Positions 46,797 through 60,541 of a DNA stretch of 64,000 nt are shown here, piece after piece. The stretch is from Bugula neritina (Eukaryota; Animalia; Bryozoa): assembly GCA_964035545.1 (NCBI GenBank), contig CAXIUT010000183.1, positions 1,178,001 to 1,242,000 on the forward strand, read 5' to 3'. Below the pieces are notes generated by a model. It did not search any database. It was given only the letters and a program-made list of their open reading frames with translations, and had not been told where the DNA came from. The translations under genes were made by a program, and so were the position numbers. Each line of letters starts with the position of its first letter. Positions within the stretch are counted from its first letter, which is position 1.

Positions 46797-49700
46797 TAAA
46801 ATATACTGTAACACATTGAAAAATACTGCAACATACTGAAATATACTGCGACACCTAGCAATATGCTGTAACATACTGAAATATGCTCTAGCACACTGAA
46901 ATACAATGCAACTTACTGAAATATACTGCAACATACTGAAATACACTGCAACATCCTACAATATGCTGAAATACACAGTAACATATTGAAATACACTGCA
47001 ACACTTTGAAATATACTGCGACATACCTAAATATACGGTAATATACTGAAATATACTGTAACACATTGAAAAATACTGCAACATACTGAAATATACTGTA
47101 ACACACCGAAATATACTGCAACATACTGAAATACACTGTAACATACTGAAATACACTGCTACATACTGAAATATACTGCAACATACTGCAACATACTGAA
47201 ATACACAGTAACATACTGAAATAAACTGCAACATACTACAACATATTGAAATACACTGCAACACATTGAAATATACTGCAACATACCTAAATATACGGTA
47301 ATATACTGAAATTCACTGTAACGCATTGCAAAATACTGCAACATACTGAAATTCACTGCGACACGCTGAAATACGCTGCAAAATACTACAACATACTGAA
47401 ATAAACTGTGACATGTTGAAATACACTGCAACACATTGAAAAATACTGCAACATACTGAAATATACTGTAACACACTGAAATATACTGCAACATACTGAA
47501 ATACACTGTAACATACTGAAATATACTGCAACATACTGAAATACACTGCTTCATACTGAAATATACTGCAACATACTGCAACATACTGCAATACACTGTA
47601 AAATACTGAAATACACTGCAACATACTACAACATATTGAAATACACTGCAACACATTGAAATACACCGCAACTTATCGAATATATGGAAAACTACTGAAA
47701 TATACTGTAACGCATTGAAAAAGACTGCAACATACTGAAATATATTGCGACACATTGCAATATACTGTAATATACTGAAAAATGCTGTATCACACTGAAA
47801 TATACTGCAATTCGCTGAAATATACTGCAACATACTGAAATACACCGCAACATCCTACAACATACTAAAATACAGTGTAACATTTCGAAATACACTGCAA
47901 CACATTGAATTATACTGCAACATAACGAAATATATGGTAAACTACTGAAATATATTTTAACAAATTGAAAAATACTGCAACATACTGAAATATACTGCGA
48001 CACCTAGCAATATACTGTAACATACTGAAATATGCTCTAGCACACTGAAATACAATGCAACTTACTGAAATATACTGCAACATACTGAAATACACTGCAA
48101 CATCCTACAATATGCTGAAATACACAGTAACATATTGAAATACACTGCAACACTTTGAAATATACTGCAACATACCGAAGTATATGGTAAACTACTGCAA
48201 CATACTACAACATACTGAAATACACTGCAACACATTGAAATATACTGCGACATACCTAAATATACGGTAATATACTGAAATATACTGTAACACATTGAAA
48301 AATACTGCAACATACTGAAATATACTGTAACACACCGAAATATACTGCAACATACTGAAATACACTGTAACATACTGAAATACACTGCTACATACTGAAA
48401 TATACTGCAACATACTGCAACATACTGAAATACACAGTAACATACTGAAATAAACTGCAACATACTACAACATATTGAAATACACTGCAACACATTGAAT
48501 TATACTGCAACATACCTAAATATACGGTAATATACTGAAATTCACTGTAACGCATTGCAAAATACTGCAACATACTGAAATTCACTGCGACACACTGAAA
48601 TACGCTGCAAAATACTACAACATACTGAAATAAACTGTAACATGTTGAAATACACTGCTACACATTGAAAAATACTGCAACATACTGAAATATACTGTAA
48701 CACACTGAAATATACTGCAACATACTGAAATACACTGTAACATACTGAAATATACTGCAACATACTGAAATACACTGCTACATACTGAAATATACCGCAA
48801 CATACTGCAACATACTGCAATACACTGTAAAATACTGAAATACACTGCAACATACTACTACAACATATTGAAATACACTGCAACACATTGAAATACACTG
48901 CAACTTACCGAATATATGGTAAACTACTGAAATATACTGTAACGCATTGAAAAGTACTGCAACATACTGAAATATACTGTAACACACTGAAATATACTGC
49001 AACATACTGAAATACACTGTAACATACTGAAATATACTGCAACATACTGAAATACACTGCTACATACTGAAATATACTGCAACGTACTGCAACATACTGC
49101 AGCATACTGAAATACACTGTAACATACTGAAATACACTGCAACATACTACCACATATTGAAATACACTGCAACACATTGAAATGTACTGCAACATACCGA
49201 AATATATGGTAAACTACTAAAATATACTGTAACACATTGAAAAATACTGCAACATACTGAAATATACTGCGACACCTAGCAATATACTGTAACATACTGA
49301 AATATGCTCTAGCACACTGAAATACAATGCAACTTACTGAAATATACTGCAACATACTGAAATACACTGCAACATCCTACAATATGCTGAAATACACAGT
49401 AACATATTGAAATACACTGCAACACTTTGAAATATACTGCAACATACCGAAGTATATGGTAAACTACTGCAACATACTACAACATACTGAAATACACTGC
49501 AACACATTGAAATATACTGCGACATACCTAAATATACGGTAATATACTGAAATATACTGTAACACATTGAAAAATACTGCAACATACTGAAATATACTGT
49601 AACACACCGAAATATACTGCAACATACTGAAATACACTGTAACATACTGAAATACACTGCTACATACTACAACATATTGAAATACACTGCAACACATTGA

Positions 49701-52700
49701 AATATACTGCAACATACCTAAATATACGGTAATATACTGAAATTCACTGTAACGCATTGCAAAAAACTGCAACATACTGAAATTCACTGCGACACACTGA
49801 AATACGCTGCAAAATGCTACAACATACTGAAATAAACTGTAACATGTTGAAATACACTGCAACACATTGAAAAATACTGCAACATACTGAAATATACTGT
49901 AACACACTGAAATATACTGCAACATACTGAAATACACTGTAACATACTGAAATATACTGCAACATACTGAAATACACTGCTACATACTGAAATATACCGC
50001 AACATACTGCAACATACTGCAATACACTGTAAAATACTGAAATACACTGCAACATACTACTACAACATATTGAAATACACTGCAACACATTGAAATACAC
50101 TGCAACTTACCGAATATATGGTAAACTACTGAAATATACTGTAACGCATTGAAAAGTACTGCAACATACTGAAATATACTGTAACACACTAAAATATACT
50201 GTAACACATTGAAAAATACTGCAACATACTGAAATATACTGCGACACCTAGCAATATGCTGTAACATACTGAAATATGCTCTAGCACACTGAAATACAAT
50301 GCAACTTACTGAAATATACTGCAACATACTGAAATACACTGCAACATCCTACAATATGCTGAAATACACAGTAACATATTGAAATACACTGCAACACTTT
50401 GAAATATACTGCGACATACCTAAATATACGGTAATATACTGAAATATACTGTAACACATTGAAAAATACTGCAACATACTGAAATATACTGTAACACACC
50501 GAAATATACTGCAACATACTGAAATACACTGTAACATACTGAAATACACTGCTACATACTGAAATATACTGCAACATACTGCAACATACTGAAATACACA
50601 GTAACATACTGAAATAAACTGCAACATACTACAACATATTGAAATACACTGCAACACATTGAAATATACTGCAACATACCTAAATATACGGTAATATACT
50701 GAAATTCACTGTAACGCATTGCAAAATACTGCAACATACTGAAATTCACTGCGACACGCTGAAATACGCTGCAAAATACTACAACATACTGAAATAAACT
50801 GTGACATGTTGAAATACACTGCAACACATTGAAAAATACTGCAACATACTGAAATATACTGTAACACACTGAAATATACTGCAACATACTGAAATACACT
50901 GTAACATACTGAAATATACTGCAACATACTGAAATACACTGCTTCATACTGAAATATACTGCAACATACTGCAACATACTGCAATACACTGTAAAATACT
51001 GAAATACACTGCAACATACTACAACATATTGAAATACACTGCAACACATTGAAATACACCGCAACTTATCGAATATATGGAAAACTACTGAAATATACTG
51101 TAACGCATTGAAAAAGACTGCAACATACTGAAATATATTGCGACACATTGCAATATACTGTAATATACTGAAAAATGCTGTATCACACTGAAATATACTG
51201 CAATTCGCTGAAATATACTGCAACATACTGAAATACACCGCAACATCCTACAACATACTAAAATACAGTGTAACATTTCGAAACACACTGCAACACATTG
51301 AATTATACTGCAACATAACGAAATATATGGTAAACTACTGAAATATATTTTAACAAATTGAAAAATACTGCAACATACTGAAATATACTGCGACACCTAG
51401 CAATATACTGTAACATACTGAAATATGCTCTAGCACACTGAAATACAATGCAACTTACTGAAATATACTGCAACATACTGAAATACACTGCAACATCCTA
51501 CAATATGCTGAAATACACAGTAACATATTGAAATACACTGCAACACTTTGAAATATACTGCAACATACCGAAGTATATGGTAAACTACTGCAACATACTA
51601 CAACATACTGAAATACACTGCAACACATTGAAATATACTGCGACATACCTAAATATACGGTAATATACTGAAATATACTGTAACACATTGAAAAATACTG
51701 CAACATACTGAAATATACTGTAACACACCGAAATATACTGCAACATACTGAAATACACTGTAACATACTGAAATACACTGCTACATACTGAAATATACTG
51801 CAACATACTGCAACATACTGAAATACACAGTAACATACTGAAATAAACTGCAACATACTACAACATATTGAAATACACTGCAACACATTGAATTATACTG
51901 CAACATACCTAAATATACGGTAATATACTGAAATTCACTGTAACGCATTGCAAAATACTGCAACATACTGAAATTCACTGCGACACACTGAAATACGCTG
52001 CAAAATACTACAACATACTGAAATAAACTGTAACATGTTGAAATACACTGCTACACATTGAAAAATACTGCAACATACTGAAATATACTGTAACACACTG
52101 AAATATACTGCAACATACTGAAATACACTGTAACATACTGAAATATACTGCAACATACTGAAATACACTGCTACATACTGAAATATACCGCAACATACTG
52201 CAACATACTGCAATACACTGTAAAATACTGAAATACACTGCAACATACTACTACAACATATTGAAATACACTGCAACACATTGAAATACACTGCAACTTA
52301 CCGAATATATGGTAAACTACTGAAATATACTGTAACGCATTGAAAAGTACTGCAACATACTGAAATATACTGTAACACACTGAAATATACTGCAACATAC
52401 TGAAATACACTGTAACATACTGAAATATACTGCAACATACTGAAATACACTGCTACATACTGAAATATACTGCAACGTACTGCAACATACTGCAGCATAC
52501 TGAAATACACTGTAACATACTGAAATACACTGCAACATACTACCACATATTGAAATACACTGCAACACATTGAAATGTACTGCAACATACCGAAATATAT
52601 GGTAAACTACTAAAATATACTGTAACACATTGAAAAATACTGCAACATACTGAAATATACTGCGACACCTAGCAATATACTGTAACATACTGAAATATGC

Positions 52701-53645
52701 TCTAGCACACTGAAATACAATGCAACTTACTGAAATATACTGCAACATACTGAAATACACTGCAACATCCTACAATATGCTGAAATACACAGTAACATAT
52801 TGAAATACACTGCAACACTTTGAGATATACTGCAACATACCGAAGTATATGGTAAACTACTGCAACATACTACAACATACTGAAATACACTGCAACACAT
52901 TGAAATATACTGCGACATACCTAAATATACGGTAATATACTGAAATATACTGTAACACATTGAAAAATACTGCAACATACTGAAATATACTGTAACACAC
53001 CGAAATATACTGCAACATACTGAAATACACTGTAACATACTGAAATACACTGCTACATACTACAACATATTGAAATACACTGCAACACATTGAAATATAC
53101 TGCAACATACCTAAATATACGGTAATATACTGAAATTCACTGTAACGCATTGCAAAAAACTGCAACATACTGAAATTCACTGCGACACACTGAAATACGC
53201 TGCAAAATGCTACAACATACTGAAATAAACTGTAACATGTTGAAATACACTGCAACACATTGAAAAATACTGCAACATACTGAAATATACTGTAACACAC
53301 TGAAATATACTGCAACATACTGAAATACACTGTAACATACTGAAATATACTGCAACATACTGAAATACACTGCTACATACTGAAATATACCGCAACATAC
53401 TGCAACATACTGCAATACACTGTAAAATACTGAAATACACTGCAACATACTACTACAACATATTGAAATACACTGCAACACATTGAAATACACTGCAACT
53501 TACCGAATATATGGTAAACTACTGAAATATACTGTAACGCATTGAAAAGTACTGCAACATACTGAAATATACTGTAACACACTAAAATATACTGTAACAC
53601 ATTGAAAAATACTGCAACATACTGAAATATACTGCGACACCTAGC
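46797..53645. repeat. 3393-bp higher-order variant, 2 tandem copies (1149 + 1272 + 972)
   Basis: Landmarks 46888/50281, 48062/51455 and 49334/52727. Private SNPs are shared at offset 3393 (46861/50254, 47361/50754, 47871/51264, 49761/53154, 49811/53204). Confidence 0.88.
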
Positions 53646-55829
53646 AATATACTGTAACATACTGAAATATGCTCTAGCACACTGAAATACAATGCAACTT
53701 ACTGAAATATACTGCAACATACTGAAATACACTGCAACATCCTACAATATGCTGAAATACACAGTAACATATTGAAATACACTGCAACACTTTGAAATAT
53801 ACTGCAACATACCGAAATATATGGTAAACTACTGCAACATACTACAACATACTGAAATACACTGCAACACATTGAAATATACTGCGACATACCTAAATAT
53901 ACGGTAATATACTGAAATATACTGTAACACATTGAAAAATACTGCAACATACTGAACTATACTGTAACACACCGAAATATACTGCAACATACTGAAATAC
54001 ACTGTAACATACTGAAATACACTGCTACATACTGAAATATACTGCAACATACTGCAACATACTGAAATACACAGTAACATACTGAAATAAACTGCAACAT
54101 ACTACAACATATTGAAATACACTGCAACACATTGAAATATACTGCAACATACCTAAATATACGGTAATATACTGAAATTCACTGTAACGCATTGCAAAAT
54201 ACTGCAACATACTGAAATTCACTGCGACACACTGAAATACGCTGCAAAATACTACAACATACTGAAATAAACTGTAACATGTTGAAATACACTGCAACAC
54301 ATTGAAAAATACTGCAACATACTGAAATATACTGTAACACACTGAAATATACTGCAACATACTGAAATACACTGTAACATACTGAAATATACTGCAACAT
54401 ACTGAAATACACTGCTTCATACTGAAATATACTGCAACATACTGCAACATACTGCAATACACTGTAAAATACTGAAATACACTGCAACATACTACAACAT
54501 ATTGAAATACACTGCAACACATTGAAATACACTGCAACTTATCGAATATATGGAAAACTACTGAAATATACTGTAACGCATTGAAAAAGACTGCAACATA
54601 CTGAAATATATTGCGACACATTGCAATATACTGTAATATACTGAAAAATGCTGTATCACACTGAAATATACTGCAATTCGCTGAAATATACTGCAACATA
54701 CTGAAATACACCGCAACATCCTACAACATACTAAAATACACTGTAACATTTCGAAATACACTGCAACACATTGAATTATACTGCAACATAACGAAATATA
54801 TGGTAAACTACTGAAATATATTTTAACAAATTGAAAAATACTGCAACATACTGAAATATACTGTAACACACTGAAGTATACTGCAACATACTGAAATACA
54901 CTGTAACATACTGAAATATACTGCAACATACTGAAATACACTGCTACATACTGAAATATACTGCAACGTACTGCAACATACTGCAGCATACTGAAATACA
55001 CTGTAACATACTGAAATACACTGCAACATACTACCACATATTGAAATACACTGCAACACATTGAAATGTACTGCAACATACCGAAATATATGGTAAACTA
55101 CTAAAATATACTGTAACACATTGAAAAATACTGCAACATACTGAAATATACTGCGACACCTAGCAATATACTGTAACATACTGAAATATGCTCTAGCACA
55201 CTGAAATACAATGCAACTTACTGAAATATACTGCAACATACTGAAATACACTGCAACATCCTACAATATGCTGAAATACACAGTAACATATTGAAATACA
55301 CTGCAACACTTTGAAATATACTGCAACATACCGAAGTATATGGTAAACTACTGCAACATACTACAACATACTGAAATACACTGCAACACATTGAAATATA
55401 CTGCGACATACCTAAATATACGGTAATATACTGAAATATACTGTAACACATTGAAAAATACTGCAACATACTGAAATATACTGTAACACACCGAAATATA
55501 CTGCAACATACTGAAATACACTGTAACATACTGAAATACACTGCTACATACTGAAATATACTGCAACATACTGCAACATACTGAAATACACAGTAACATA
55601 CTGAAATAAACTGCAACATACTACAACATATTGAAATACACTGCAACACATTGAAATATACTGCAACATACCTAAATATACGGTAATATACTGAAATTCA
55701 CTGTAACGCATTGCAAAATACTGCAACATACTGAAATTCACTGCGACACACTGAAATACGCTGCAAAATACTACAACATACTGAAATAAACTGTAACATG
55801 TTGAAATACACTGCAACACATTGAAAAAT

Positions 55830-58110
55830 ACTGCAACATCTTGAAATATACTGTAACACACTGAAATATACTGCAACATACTGAAATACACTGTAACATA
55901 CTGAAATATACTGCAACATACTGAAATACACTGCTACATACTGAAATATACTGCAACATACTGCAACATACTGCAATACACTGTAAAATACTGAAATACA
56001 CTGCAACATACTACTACAACATATTGAAATACACTGCAACACATTGAAATACACTGCAACTTACCGAATATATGGTAAAATACTGAAATATACTGTAACG
56101 CATTGAAAAGTACTGCAACATACTGAAATATATTGCGACACATTGCAATAAACTGTAACATACTGAAAAATGCTGTAGCACACTGAAATACACTGCCATT
56201 CACTGAAATATACTGCAACATACTGAAATACACCGCAACATCCTCCAACATACTGAAATACACTGTAACATATTGAAATACACTGCAACACATTGAAATA
56301 TACTGCAACATACCGAAATATATCGTAAACTACTGAAATATACTGTAACACATTGAAAAAAACTGCAACATACTGAAATACACTGTAACATACTGAAATA
56401 CACTGCAACATACTACCACATATTGAAATACACTGCAACACATTGAAATGTACTGCAACATACCGAAACATATGGTAAACTACTAAAATATACTGTAAAA
56501 CATTGAAAAATACTGCAACATACTGAAATATACTGCGACACCTAGCAATATACTGTAACATACTGAAATATGCTCTAGCACACTGAAATACAATGCAACT
56601 TACTGAAATATACTGCAACATACAGAAATACACTGCAACATCCTACAATATGCTGAAATACACAGTAACATATTGAAATACACTGCAACACTTTGAAATA
56701 TACTGCAACATACCGAAATATATGGTAAACTACTGCAACATACTACAACATATTGAAATACACTGCAACACATTGAAGTATACTGCAACATACCTAAATA
56801 TACGGTAATATACTGAAATATACTGTAACACATTGAAAAATACTGCAACATACTGAAATATACTGTAACACACCGAAATATACTGCAACATACTGAAATA
56901 CACTGTAACATACTGAAATATACTGTAACATACTGAAATACACTGCTACATACTGAAATATGCTGCAACATACTGCAACATACTGAAATAAACTGCAACA
57001 TACTACAACATATTGAAATACACTGCAACACATTGAAATATACTGCAACATACCTAAATATACGGTAATATACTGAAATTCACTGTAACGCATTGCAAAA
57101 TACTGCAACATACTGAAATTCACTGCGACACACTGAAATACGCTGCAAAATACTACAACATACTGAAATAAACTGTAACATATTGAAATACACTGCAACA
57201 CATTGAAAAATACTGCAACATACTGAAATTTACTGTAACACACTGAAATATACTGCAACATACTGAAATACACTGTAACATACTGAAATATACTGCAACA
57301 TACTGAAATACACTGCTACATACTGAAATATACTGCAACATACTGCAACATACTGCAATACACTGTAACATACTGAAATACACTGCAACATACTACAACA
57401 TATTGAAATACACTGCAACACATTGAAATACACTGCAACTTACCGAATATATGGTAAACTACTGAAATATACTGTAACGCATTGAAAAATACTGCAACAT
57501 ACTGAAATACACCGCAACATCCTACAACATACTGAAATACTTTGTAACATATTGAAATACACTGCAACACATTGAAATATACTGCAACATAACGAAATAT
57601 ATGGTAAACTAATGAACTATATTTTAACACATTGAAAAATACTGCAACATACTGAAATACACTGCAACACATTGAAATATACTGCAACATACCGAAATAT
57701 ATGGTAAACTACTGAAATATACTGTAACACATTGAAAAATACTGCAACATACTGAAATATACTGTAACATACTGAAATAAACTGCAACATACTACAACAT
57801 ATTGAAATACACTGCAACAAATTGAAATATACTGCAACATACCTAAATATACGGTAATATACTGATATTCACTGTAACGCATTGCAAAATACTGCAACAT
57901 ACTGAAATTCACTGCGACACACTGAAATACGCTGCAAAATACTACAACATACTGAAATAAACTGTAACATATTGAAATACACTGCAACACATTGAAATAT
58001 ACTGCAACATAACAAAATATATGGTAAACTACTGAAATAGACTTTAACACATTGAAAAATACTGCAACATACTGAAATACACTGTAACATACTGAAATAT
58101 ACTGCAACAT
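55830..58110. repeat. Divergent, non-homogenised satellite layer
   Basis: Dense variants that I did not see elsewhere in the window (cactgccatt 56191, tcctccaaca 56241, tatcgtaaac 56321, tacagaaata 56621, tttgtaacat 57541, aatgaactat 57611, aacaaaatat 58011, aaatagacttt ~58036), and an irregular module order. Confidence 0.85.
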
Positions 58111-60075
58111 ACTGAAATATGCTCTAGCACACTGAAATACAATGCAACTTACTGAAATATACTGCAACATACTGAAATACACTGCAACATCCTACAATAT
58201 GCTGAAATACACAGTAACATATTGAAATACACTGCAACACTTTGAAATATACTGCAACATACCGAAATATATGGTAAACTACTGCAACATACTACAACAT
58301 ACTGAAATACACTGCAACACATTGAAATATACTGCGACATACCTAAATATACGGTAATATACTGAAATATACTGTAAAACATTGAAAAACACTGCAACAT
58401 ACTGAAATATACTGTAACACATCGAAATATACTGCAACATACTGAAATACACTGTAACATACTGAAATACACTGCTACATACTGAAATATACTGCAACAT
58501 ACTGCAACATACTGAAATACACAGTAACATACTGAAATAAACTGCAACATACTACAACATATTGAAATACACTGCAACACATTGAAATATACTGCAACAT
58601 ACCTAAATATACGGTAATATACTGAAATTCACTGTAACGCATTGCAAAATACTGCAACATACTGAAATTCACTGCGACACACTGAAATACGCTGCAAAAT
58701 ACTACAACATACTGAAATAAACTGTAACATGTTGAAATACACTGCAACACATTGAAAAATACTGCAACATACTGAAATATACTGTAACACACTGAAATAT
58801 ACTGCAACATACTGAAATACACTGTAACATACTGAAATATACTGCAACATACTGAAATACACTGCTACATACTGAAATATACTGCAACATACTGCAACAT
58901 ACTGCAATACACTGTAAAATACTGAAATACACTGCAACATACTACAACATATTGAAATACACTGCAACACATTGAAATACACTGCAACTTATCGAATATA
59001 TGGAAAACTACTGAAATATACTGTAACGCATTGAAAAAGACTGCAACATACTGAAATATATTGCGACACATTGCAATATACTGTAATATACTGAAAAATG
59101 CTGTATCACACTGAAATATACTGCAATTCGCTGAAATATACTGCAACATACTGAAATACACCGCAACATCCTACAACATACTAAAATACACTGTAACATT
59201 TCGAAATACACTGCAACACATTGAATTATACTGCAACATAACGAAATATATGGTAAACTACTGAAATATATTTTAACAAATTGAAAAATACTGCAACATA
59301 CTGAATATACTGTAACACACTGAAGTATACTGCAACATACTGAAATACACTGTAACATACTGAAATATACTGCAACATACTGAAATACACTGCTACATAC
59401 TGAAATATACTGCAACGTACTGCAACATACTGCAGCATACTGAAATACACTGTAACATACTGAAATACACTGCAACATACTACCACATATTGAAATACAC
59501 TGCAACACATTGAAATGTACTGCAACATACCGAAATATATGGTAAACTACTAAAATATACTGTAACACATTGAAAAATACTGCAACATACTGAAATATAC
59601 TGCGACACCTAGCAATATACTGTAACATACTGAAATATGCTCTAGCACACTGAAATACAATGCAACTTACTGAAATATACTGCAACATACTGAAATACAC
59701 TGCAACATCCTACAATATGCTGAAATACACAGTAACATATTGAAATACACTGCAACACTTTGAAATATACTGCAACATACCGAAGTATATGGTAAACTAC
59801 TGCAACATACTACAACATACTGAAATACACTGCAACACATTGAAATATACTGCGACATACCTAAATATACGGTAATATACTGAAATATACTGTAACACAT
59901 TGAAAAATACTGCAACATACTGAAATATACTGTAACACACCGAAATATACTGCAACATACTGAAATACACTGTAACATACTGAAATACACTGCTACATAC
60001 TTGTATCGGTTTGTGTTTGTGTCTGGTTGCAAGATATGCTTTAACTACTAGCCAACTTGGCAACAGGTTTTCGAG

Positions 60076-60081
60076 TTTATT
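60076..60081 (-). promoter_or_regulatory. Candidate polyadenylation signal AATAAA in the 3' LTR (a second candidate at 60280-60285)
   Basis: TTTATT on the + strand, ~75 bp from the LTR end, in the sense orientation of the element. Confidence 0.45.
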
Positions 60082-60514
60082 AACTGTCAAATCTTACCCT
60101 ATAAAATGGGAAACATTAGAAATTGTATAAATAAGTAGTCACAATATAAATCAAAATTCAGAGGAACACTATGAATATTACAAAACCAAAAAATTGACAT
60201 GAACTATTATAATTCTAATAAACTTACAATATTGATGCGTGGATAAAAATCTTAGCCATCACAATGCCGAAACCGATAGTTTATTCATACAAAGAGTGTA
60301 AATATGGCGGTTTGATCATGATACACTGACTCATGCAGTACAGTGAATGAACTAGCTCTGCCAGCTAATAGTAGCTTTGGTGAAAGCTTTTGAAGCTTGA
60401 AAGCTTTAATGATTGGCTGCCTGCCAATACTTCTGGGTGGCATACCAATACATCGGTGGGGTCGAATTGTTTGGCAGATACTATTCTGACAAATATTGAT
60501 AAATTATGTAAATC

Positions 60515-60541
60515 AAAACAAACAAAACAAACAAAACAAAA
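60515..60541. repeat. Short (AAAAC/AAAC)n microsatellite inside the putative LTR
   Basis: aaaacaaacaaaacaaacaaaacaaaa. Confidence 0.8.

Larger units (their letters stand above)
1..60001. repeat. Satellite array with a 10-bp monomer (A type ACTGCAACAT/ACTGTAACAY, B type ACTGAAATAT/ACTGAAATAC), mostly alternating as a 20-bp dimer, about 6000 monomers; continues beyond the left edge of the window
   Basis: Directly visible: the 10-nt columns stay in register throughout. The array keeps one orientation, the + strand is A-rich with about 1 G per monomer, and no non-satellite sequence appears before 60002. Confidence 0.99.

Noticed and set aside
85-60000. Hundreds of Cys/Tyr/Val/Ser-rich minus-strand ORFs (MLQYISVCCSVFQYVAVYFS-like)
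   Set aside because: The reverse complement of the 20-bp dimer has no stop codon in any frame, so overlapping ORFs arise in all three frames. Indels follow 10-bp rather than 3-bp periodicity. These are not genes.
1-60001. CRISPR array or telomeric repeat
   Set aside because: There are no unique spacers between repeats. The monomers are heterogeneous with HOR structure and lack G-runs, unlike telomerase products.
1-60001. CENP-B box (TTCG....A..CGGG)
   Set aside because: TTCG occurs, but I saw no CGGG or CCCG anywhere in the array.
59667-60090. ORFs spanning the LTR-satellite junction as fusion genes
   Set aside because: They have non-ATG starts, are short, and are open only because the satellite strand lacks stops.
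60320-60410. Small hairpin (cactg...cagtg) and three AAGCTT words in the LTR; atacactg resembling the satellite
   Set aside because: Too short to exceed chance. There is no support for the satellite deriving from the LTR.
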